Shown here piece by piece: positions 1-7,300 of a stretch of DNA of 15,550 nt; the first letter of the stretch is position 1; each line of letters opens with the position of its first letter. The DNA is taken from assembly GCA_003133025.1 (NCBI GenBank), contig PKZK01000264.1, positions 1 to 15,550 of the forward strand, read 5' to 3'. The notes beneath the pieces are model-generated. The model was given only the letters and a program-made list of their open reading frames with translations. It searched no databases and was not told where the DNA came from. The DNA is from Vulcanimicrobiota bacterium (GTDB taxonomy: Bacteria > Vulcanimicrobiota > Vulcanimicrobiia > Vulcanimicrobiales > Vulcanimicrobiaceae). The position numbers and the translations under genes were made by a program.

Positions 1-675
1 TTGGCACGCGCCGAAACGATCGAGAAGATCGCGAAGCGCATGAACTACGCGAGCGTCACCGACCTTTTCGCTGCGGTCGGGTTCGGCGATGCCTCGGCCG
101 TCTCGGTCGCGCAACGCGTTCGCGACGAGCTGAAGAACTCGAACCTGGTCGACATCACCGCGCTGCATCGCGCGCCAGCGCCGCCGCCGCGGCGCCCCAG
201 CCGGAACTCGAGCGGCATCCTGATCGCCGGCGTCGACGACGTGCTCGTGCGCGTCTCGAAGTGCTGCAGCCCGGTTCCGGGCGACCCGATCATGGGCTAC
301 GTGACGATCGGCAAGGGCGTTTCCGTGCACCGCGCCGACTGTCCCAACGTCGCGTACATGGCCGCCTCGCCGGAGCGCATTCTGCAAGCGGCCTGGGCCG
401 ACTCGGACGAATTGACCCACGCGGTCGACGTCGAGGTCGAGGCGATGGATCGCGCGGGCTTGTTGCAAGACGTGATGGGCGTGTGCTCCGAGTACAAGAC
501 CTCGGCGTCCTCGGTGACCGCACGCGTGAAGCGCGACAAGATGGCCGTTATCAGCTTGACGCTGCAGATCACCAATCTCGATCATCTGCACAAGGTCATC
601 GAGAAGTTCCGCACGCTCAAGGGCGTCCGCGAAGTGTACCGGGTGACCAAGCGCGAGGCGCGCGCCAGCGGTTGA
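1..675 (+). CDS. relA: Long RSH bifunctional (p)ppGpp synthetase/hydrolase, C-terminal part (AH, ZFD/CC and ACT domains); 5'-truncated by the window edge
   Basis: DLFAAVGFG (AH), SKCCSPVPGDPIMGYVTIGKGVSVHRADC (zinc-finger/CC motif) and VEVEAMDRAGLLQDV...V.EVYR (ACT). Stop TGA at 673-675. The TTG at 1 is not the true start. Confidence 0.95.
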   Translation: MARAETIEKIAKRMNYASVTDLFAAVGFGDASAVSVAQRVRDELKNSNLVDITALHRAPAPPPRRPSRNSSGILIAGVDDVLVRVSKCCSPVPGDPIMGYVTIGKGVSVHRADCPNVAYMAASPERILQAAWADSDELTHAVDVEVEAMDRAGLLQDVMGVCSEYKTSASSVTARVKRDKMAVISLTLQITNLDHLHKVIEKFRTLKGVREVYRVTKREARASG

Positions 676-1379
676 GGCGAGCGCTGCTGTTGACCGGGGG
701 CGCGCTCTGCTTGCTCGCGGCTGCCGCGGAGCCGCACGTCTTCGCCGGCGGGTCTGAGCGAGCCGTGCGGCATTGGGTCGAGCAACACGAGGCCTTCGTC
801 AAACGGGCCGAGCGCGGCGGGATTCCGCTGCTGTTCCTCGGCGATTCGCTGACGTACGCCTGGAGCGTCGATGGCCGCCAAGTGTGGTTGAGCGACTTCG
901 TGCCCTTGGGTGCGGTCGCGTTCGGCATCGGCGGTGACCGGACGGGCGACGTCCTCTGGCGCATCGAGAACGGTGAGGTCGAAGGCACGGGCGCGGAGAC
1001 GGTCGTGCTGCTCGTCGGAACCAACGATCTGGCCGTGGGTTCGAGCGTCGAGGCCACGATCGACGGCGTGGCGGCCTGCGTGCGCGCGCTTCGCGCGCGT
1101 CTGCCCGATGCGACGGTGGTGGTGATGGGCCTGGCCCCGCGCGGACCGGGCGACGCGCATACCGAGATCCGCCGCCGGGTCGCGGCGGTCAACGCGGGCC
1201 TCGCCAAACTCGACGACGGGAAGAACGTGCGCTTCGTCGATCCCACGGCTGCGTTCACAAATGCGATCGGCGCGATCCGGCCGGAGCTCTATCATCCCGA
1301 CTTGGTGCACTTTTCCACAGCCGGTTACCAGGCATGGTCCGACATACTGAGGCCGGCACTTGCGCGCTTTCGGCGGTAG
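672..1379 (+). CDS. Secreted SGNH/GDSL hydrolase (PAF-acetylhydrolase Ib-like esterase)
   Basis: Blocks FLGDSLT, FGIGGDRT, VGTND and DLVH. Start reassigned to TTG 672, overlapping the rel stop (TTGA), which gives a signal-peptide-like N-terminus MRRALLLTGGALCLLAAAAEP. Confidence 0.88.
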   Translation: MRRALLLTGGALCLLAAAAEPHVFAGGSERAVRHWVEQHEAFVKRAERGGIPLLFLGDSLTYAWSVDGRQVWLSDFVPLGAVAFGIGGDRTGDVLWRIENGEVEGTGAETVVLLVGTNDLAVGSSVEATIDGVAACVRALRARLPDATVVVMGLAPRGPGDAHTEIRRRVAAVNAGLAKLDDGKNVRFVDPTAAFTNAIGAIRPELYHPDLVHFSTAGYQAWSDILRPALARFRR

Positions 1380-1382
1380 CGT

Positions 1383-1388
1383 TATTCT
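1383..1388 (+). promoter_or_regulatory. Putative -10 box for a leaderless transcript of the lipoprotein gene
   Basis: TATTCT (TANNNT) lies 7 nt before ATG 1396; no Shine-Dalgarno is present. Confidence 0.4.
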
Positions 1389-1395
1389 GCGTACC

Positions 1396-2025
1396 ATGCG
1401 ATATGCCGCCGTCACCCGCTCCGTCCGCGCCCTCGCGGCGACCGTACTGCTCGGCGTTACGGGTTGCTCCGGAGGCGGCGACGCGACGCCGGCCGTGCCC
1501 GCTTCGCCCGCCGCGCAGTCGGTGGCGGCCGCGCACGTCGCGGCTCCCGCGAGTCCGCCGAGCATCGATGCGACGGTCAAGAGCAAAACCGAGAAGATCT
1601 CGGCCGGCGGCGGCAAGCTCACGCTGCCCGCGTTGCCCGCGCTCAAAGGTTCGTTCGGCTATCCCAGCAACAACGCGCCCAGCGGCGCGGAGGCTGCGTT
1701 GAGCGCGAGCCTGAGCAACGCGTTCGATGCGCCGACGCCGTCGGGCGCGAACATCGTCTATTTTCTGCAGGCGGATGTGAAGGCCAGCGGGTTCTTCATC
1801 ACCTTCAATTCGGGAACGGAGAAGGCGAAGATCGAGGGCTCGCTCCTAAATCCGGCGGATTCGTACACGCTGTACGTGTTCATCCCGTCGATCAGTAACC
1901 AGCCGCTCGACACGATCTCCGCCGGCTCGCCTACGGCGAAGCACGTGTTGGAGTTCACCTCGCCGTTCAACAGCGTCACCCTGCCGGTCGACACCGTCGC
2001 CATCTTGGAGTTAGGTCAAAGCTAA
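1396..2025 (+). CDS. Hypothetical lipoprotein
   Basis: MRYAAVTRSVRALAATVLLGVTG-C gives a lipobox (VTGC), followed by a Gly/Ala/Pro linker and a beta-rich domain. High GC3 codon bias. Confidence 0.78.
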   Translation: MRYAAVTRSVRALAATVLLGVTGCSGGGDATPAVPASPAAQSVAAAHVAAPASPPSIDATVKSKTEKISAGGGKLTLPALPALKGSFGYPSNNAPSGAEAALSASLSNAFDAPTPSGANIVYFLQADVKASGFFITFNSGTEKAKIEGSLLNPADSYTLYVFIPSISNQPLDTISAGSPTAKHVLEFTSPFNSVTLPVDTVAILELGQS

Positions 2026-3011
2026 GGCGCGTTGACCTTGGTGAAATCCGCGGGAACCGAGAAGACCGGATCGCTCGACGTGATCGTGCGGATGTTGTTC
2101 CGCTCGATCTCCACGACGAAGTTCCCGCCGCCGCGACCCTGACGGCCGCCGGCCGTCTCGCCGCCGCCCTCGCCGGAACCCGCACCGAATTGGACCGCCT
2201 CGAAATACGCGAGCGTGGAGGGCAACGCCGGACCCGACGAACTGAACGTGAAGCGCGAATCCTTGCGCGTGGACAAAGCGCGGGCGAGTTCGTTGTAGCG
2301 GTTCATCATGCTCGCCATGCCGGCGCTGCTCGCGGCCTGACCCGTTGAACAGTTCAGCCACAACTGATTGCTGTTGGAGACGTACTCTTTACGATTGAGT
2401 TTGCTGCTGTTGCTCGTGCCGTCGGCCTTGGTGGTCACGATCGTTATATCCGACTTGTAGCCGCTCGAGTTGTTGCCGTACACGGTCTTGGGCCCGAGCG
2501 CAGCGTTGACGATCGTCATCGAGACCTTCGTGCCGTCGTCGGTCGGAACGGGTCCGGGCGCCGAGCGCGTACCGCTGCCGCGTTGCGGTTGTTGCGGCTG
2601 ATCCATGGAGACGACGTAATAGGTCTTGGCCTTGAGGTCGAGGTGCGTGATCGTGCGCGCGCCGCAATCGGTGATCGTGGCGGTTTGCAGCGCGGGCGTG
2701 TCGACGCGCTCCTTGTTGCCCGCGACGTAGCGGCTTTCGGCGAGCCCCGTGCTCATCATCGACATTGCGCCCTGGGCCTGGGCCATGGCCGCGCGCATCT
2801 TGCCGAACATGCCGCCGCCGGTCTTGGGCTGCTCGGTAGGCGCCGACGCCGTCTGCCAGTCGGTCGTGAAATCGCCGGGCTCGAGCGTGGCCAACTCGGC
2901 ATTGGCCTGGAACTTGGTGATCTGGTCGAAGGCCTGGCCGGACTCCGCGGATGCCGGAATTGCGCCGCCGAGCAAGGCGAGCACGCTGACGAAGACGAGG
3001 GTGCGCTTCAT
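2022..3011 (-). CDS. Secreted hypothetical protein, DUF4412-like
   Basis: ATG 3011 with GAGGT SD. Signal peptide MKRTLVFVSVLALLGGAIPASA. ITDCGARTITHLDLKAKTYY and the C-terminal FSVPADFTKV resemble DUF4412-type proteins (recalled similarity, not searched). Confidence 0.75.
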   Translation of the reverse strand: MKRTLVFVSVLALLGGAIPASAESGQAFDQITKFQANAELATLEPGDFTTDWQTASAPTEQPKTGGGMFGKMRAAMAQAQGAMSMMSTGLAESRYVAGNKERVDTPALQTATITDCGARTITHLDLKAKTYYVVSMDQPQQPQRGSGTRSAPGPVPTDDGTKVSMTIVNAALGPKTVYGNNSSGYKSDITIVTTKADGTSNSSKLNRKEYVSNSNQLWLNCSTGQAASSAGMASMMNRYNELARALSTRKDSRFTFSSSGPALPSTLAYFEAVQFGAGSGEGGGETAGGRQGRGGGNFVVEIERNNIRTITSSDPVFSVPADFTKVNAP

Positions 3012-3150
3012 GACTACCTCTGAGGCGTAGGAAGGAAAGCCCCTCGGTTTTCCGAGAGGGCCCTGGTCGGACCTACTCCACCGAGGCGCCGTCCCGGCGA
3101 TGTCCCCGCGCGGAGAGGGGTGACCTCTCGCTCGAAAGGCCGGTGCGGCC

Positions 3151-3180
3151 TTGCTGCTGAGGCGAACGGTGTGATACCTT
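3151..3180 (+). promoter_or_regulatory. Sigma70-type promoter of rpsF-ssb
   Basis: TTGCTG (3151-3156), 18-nt spacer, extended -10 TG-a-TACCTT (3172-3180). Confidence 0.6.
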
Positions 3181-3240
3181 AGATGAGTTTTCCGGGCGGT
3201 CACTCCGCCGAGGAAAGCTCGTGCCGGCCTCGCCGCCACG

Positions 3241-3297
3241 CCCCAGCTGCCCCCGCCGTGGGGCCGCCGTCCGTCCGGGCGGCGTCCGTAGTAGGGA
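3241..3297 (+). ncRNA. Putative S6:S18-binding ribosomal protein leader
   Basis: Outer helix CCCAGCU (3242-3248) / AGUAGGG (3290-3296). Inner helix GCCCC/GGGGC (3249-3253 / 3260-3264), directly followed by the CCG motif (3264-3266). Lies upstream of rpsF, as expected for this element. Confidence 0.6.
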
Positions 3298-3313
3298 TCC
3301 GAACAACCGAATC

Positions 3314-3610
3314 ATGCCAGCCACCGATTACGAAGTCACGTACATCATCCGCCCGACCTTGGAAGACGCCGAGATCGAAGCGCGGATCGAGCAGCTCTCG
3401 CAATTACTCCAGACCAACGGCGGCGAAGTCGTCGGCGAAATCGAAAAAATGGGCAAACGCCGCCTCGCCTATGAGATCGACGACGTACGTGAAGGGTACT
3501 ACGTCGTTATGAAGTTCAAGAGCGAGCCGGCCGCTGCCAAGGAACTGGAGCGCCAAATGCGTCTCAATGAAGACGTCATGCGCGCTCTGTTGATCAACCT
3601 GAACGACTAG
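3314..3610 (+). CDS. rpsF: 30S ribosomal protein S6 (bS6)
   Basis: YEVTYIIRP...MGKRRLAYEI...EGYY...ELERQMRLNEDVMR; 98 aa from ATG 3314. Confidence 0.97.
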   Translation: MPATDYEVTYIIRPTLEDAEIEARIEQLSQLLQTNGGEVVGEIEKMGKRRLAYEIDDVREGYYVVMKFKSEPAAAKELERQMRLNEDVMRALLINLND

Positions 3611-3626
3611 CCCAGCGGAGGCAGAT

Positions 3627-4058
3627 ATGGCCGGGAGCTACAACCGCATCGTTCTCGTCGGAAATCTGACGCGCGATCCGGAGATTCGTTACGTCGACGG
3701 CGGCGGTAAGGCCGTCACCAAGTTCGCCCTCGCGGTCAATCGCAAGACCAAACAGGGCGACGACACGATGTTCATCGACGTCGTCGCTTGGGATCGCTTG
3801 GGCGAGATCTGCAATCAATACTTGAAAAAGGGCATGTCGACCCTGATCGAGGGCCGCCTCGCCATCCGTAAGTACGAAACGAAGGAAGGCGAGAAGCGCA
3901 CCGCGGTCGAGGTGGTCGCCTCCGACATGCAGATGCTCGATTCGAAGCGCGTGGGCAACGGCGAAGCCGGCGGCGCGTACGGCGGCGGCACCCGCGCCGC
4001 GGTGCCGGGCGGCGGCGCTTTCGACGAATCCGGAATGGACGACGAGATTCCGTTCTGA
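3627..4058 (+). CDS. ssb: Single-stranded DNA-binding protein
   Basis: NRIVLVGNLTRDPEIRY, OB-fold, Gly-rich linker, acidic tail DDEIPF. GGAGG SD upstream. Confidence 0.97.
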   Translation: MAGSYNRIVLVGNLTRDPEIRYVDGGGKAVTKFALAVNRKTKQGDDTMFIDVVAWDRLGEICNQYLKKGMSTLIEGRLAIRKYETKEGEKRTAVEVVASDMQMLDSKRVGNGEAGGAYGGGTRAAVPGGGAFDESGMDDEIPF

Positions 4059-4084
4059 TCGTTCCGACGAGCGATTGCGATAAG

Positions 4085-4118
4085 ACGAGGCCCGCGTAAA
4101 ACGCGGGCCTCGTTCTTT
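4085..4118 (+). terminator. Intrinsic terminator of rpsF-ssb
   Basis: Perfect 13-bp stem ACGAGGCCCGCGT / ACGCGGGCCTCGT with an AAA loop, followed by TCTTT. Confidence 0.85.
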
Positions 4119-4326
4119 ACGCGTGCGGGATTGGTGCACGTGCGGGTGCTAAATCGTCCCGGCTCGTTCGACGTCGCGATGTCGCCGCACGTCGGCGATC
4201 CGACGATCCGTTCGAGCCCATAGCGTCACCGGAGGCGTCCGTCCTGCAGTGCCCGCCGGCGCACTCGAGACGGGGAAGTCTGCGCATACGGGCCGGCCGG
4301 AGGCCTCCGCAAGGGTGGCCGCGACA

Positions 4327-4354
4327 GGTTTTGGAAACCCGGCCGCGGGGGTAG
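4327..4354 (+). promoter_or_regulatory. SigB/SigF-type stress promoter
   Basis: GGTTT (4327-4331), N17, GGGTAG (4349-4354), 13 nt before ATG 4368. Fits the actinobacterial SigF-type GGWWT-N16/17-GGGTAY consensus except at the last base. Confidence 0.55.
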
Positions 4355-4367
4355 CAACCACTCAGCA

Positions 4368-7300
4368 ATGGCCGCTCGAGATCCACTCCCCATACGCCGG
4401 GGCGTTTCGACAGTCCGGATGACCGACGATGCGTTCTTCGGCGCGGGCCGAAATCTCGTTTCGCCCATCATGGCCGAGATGATCGCCGGCGTCGATTGGA
4501 GTTCGACGCCGCTCGGCTCGGCCGAGGCTTGGCCCCTCGAGCTACGCACCACGCTGAACCTCGTCCTGGCGAGCCGCTTCCCGATGGTGTTTTGGTGGGG
4601 GCCGGACCTCACGCAATTCTATAACGATGCGTATCTGCCGATCATCGGCGGCAAGCATCCTACCGCGCTCGGGCAACGCGCTCAAGATTGCTGGGCTGAG
4701 ATCTGGGACGTGATCGGGCCGCAGATCGCCGGCGTGTACGATGGCGGTCCCGCGACCTGGAGCGAGGACGTGCTGCTCGATATCAACCGGCACGGCTTCG
4801 TGGGCGAATCGTACTTCACGTGGTCGTACAGTCCGCTGCCGTATGCAGAGGCGCCCAACGGCGTCGGCGGGGTGCTCTGCACCGTGCAGGAGACGACCGA
4901 TAAAGTCATCGGCGAGCGGCGCATCCTGCTCTTGCGCGACTTGGCCGCGCACGGCACCGAGGCGAAGAGCGCGGAGGAAGAGTGCCGCGTTGCCGCCGCA
5001 ACCCTCGCTCGCTACGCGAAGAGCGTTCCGTTCTCGCTGATCTATCTCATCGACGAGTCGGGGACCGCCGCGCGTCTGGCAGCCTGCTCGGGAATCGATC
5101 CGTCGGAAGCGCGCGCGGAGATACTCACCGACGAACTCGAGCCCAAGGCCGGCGCGCCGATACCGCTCGGCGCCTTACGTCATATTCTCAGCCGGCTTCC
5201 GGTGGGGCCTTGGCCCGAACCGCCGCGCGAGGCGGTGGTCGTGTCGATTCAGTCGGGCATGGGACGAGAGGCCGCCGGCCTTCTTGTTGCCGGCGTCAAT
5301 CCGCGCGAGCGCTTCGACGAGCGATACGGCAGTTTCTATGAGCTGATCGCAAGCCAGGTTGCGGCAGCGATCTCGAGCGCTCGAGCCTACGAAAGCGAGC
5401 GGCGCCGCGCCGAAGCGTTGGCGGAGGTGGACCGCGCGAAGACCGAATTCTTCTCCAACGTCAGCCACGAGTTTCGGACGCCGCTGACGTTGATGCTGGG
5501 ACCCTTAGCACGGTTGCTGAGCGAAGCGGATCCCGGCCAGGCGCCGCTACTCGAAACCGCCCACCGCAACGCATTGCGTTTGCTCAAGCTCGTGAATACG
5601 CTGCTCGAATTCTCGCGTCTGGAAGCCGGCCGCAACGAGGCCGTCTTCGTCGAAACTGATCTCGCCAAGCTCACGGCCGATCTTGCCAGCCTCTTTCGTT
5701 CGGCGATCGAAACCCTGGGCTTGCGCTTCGTCGTCGACGTAGACTTGGAACGTCCGGTCTTCGTCGACCGCTCGATGTGGGAGATGATCGTCCTGAATCT
5801 TCTCTCGAATGCGTTGAAATTTACGCATATGGGTCAGATCGGGCTCTCGCTGCGCGCCGACGGCGCGTTCGTCGAACTCACGGTTGCCGATACGGGCATC
5901 GGCATCCCGGCCGGCGACCTGCCTTACGTTTTCGAGAGATTCCGCCGCGTTCGCGGCGCGAAAGCTCGTTCGCACGAGGGGACCGGCATCGGCTTGGCGC
6001 TCGTCGATCAACTCGCGCGTCTGCACGGCGGTTCCATTGCCGTCGCCAGTGAAGAGGGCAGCGGCAGCACCTTCACCGTGCGCATCCCGCTGGGCAGCGA
6101 GCATTTGGATGCCGCGAGCCTGTCCCGCGTGGCCCGCTCGACGTCGTATGCGAGCGTGGTCGATCAATATCTCGCCGATGTCGACTCCACCATCGTGCGC
6201 GCCGACGCGCGTCTGGCTCCGGCGGAAGGCGGCGCCAAGCCGGCTCGCGTCTTACTCGTCGATGACAACGGCGACCTGCGCGATTACGTGGCGCGAATTC
6301 TCGCACCACATCACGACGTCGTTGCCGCTCGCAACGGCGTGGAGGCGCTCGAAGCACTTCGCCGGCAGCACTTCGACCTGATCCTGAGCGACGCCATGAT
6401 GCCGGAGATGGACGGCTTCGAACTCGTTCGGGCCGTCCGGTCGGATCCGGCTTGGGAGACGATACCCTTTATCATGCTTTCCGCGCGCGCGGGCGAAAGT
6501 GCGGCGGTCGAAGGTCTCACGCGCGGCGCAGACGACTACCTGGTCAAACCGTTTTCCTCGGAAGAATTGCTGGCGCGCGTTTTCGCGCAATTGAATGCCG
6601 CCTCGGTTCGCGAACGCGCGACGCGCGAGTTGCGAGCAAATGAAGAGCGCTTCCGCATGCTTGCCGCATCGATGCCGCACATCGTGCTCGAAGGCAGTCT
6701 CGAGCACGGCGTCACGTTCCTGAGCGAGGCCTACAGCACGTATACGGGTTTGGCCGCCGAGACGGGCCACGGTCGTGGCTGGCTCGCGGTCGTACATCCC
6801 GACGACGCTCCCGGCGCGATCGCGAAGTGGGAACTCGCGGTTCGAAACGGCGACGCCTTCGAGGGCGAGTTTCGCTTGCGACGTAACGACGGCGTGTATC
6901 GCTGGCACCTCGGCCGGGCCTTGGCCCAGCGCGATCTCGGCGACGGAAAACTGCGTTGGACCGGAACGATCACCGACATTCACGACATGCGCCGCTCGGC
7001 GCAAGAGCGGGCGTTCCTCTCCGAGGCGAGTCGCATCCTCGCGCAATCCCTCGACCTCGAGACGACGTTGCAGACCTTGGCGGCCATCATGATACCGCTT
7101 TTCGCCGACTGGTGCCAACTCGACCTGACCAATCCCGACGGGTCGATCCGCACCGTCGCGGTCGCGCATCGCGATCCCGAGAAGCACGCGCTGGCCCAGC
7201 GCTTCGTCGGCCGGATTCATCTCAATCCGCGCGCCGAGCGCGGCAGCCCCAGCACGATACGCACGGGCCGCTCGGACATTTTGGAGAACGTTCCCGACGC

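Noticed and set aside
261..671. N-terminal extension of the 372-aa ORF 261..1379
   Set aside because: Out-of-frame overlap with rel and Arg-rich shadow composition. The hydrolase fits a TTG start at 672.
3012..3239. Upstream extension of ORF 2022..3239
   Set aside because: The signal peptide and SD point to ATG 3011. The extension crosses the rpsF promoter.
4117..4386. Short ORFs in the ssb-sensor intergenic region (89 aa and 70 aa minus; about 30 codons plus)
   Set aside because: No SD, low-complexity Arg/Ala/Pro composition, and no resemblance to S18 or any family I know.
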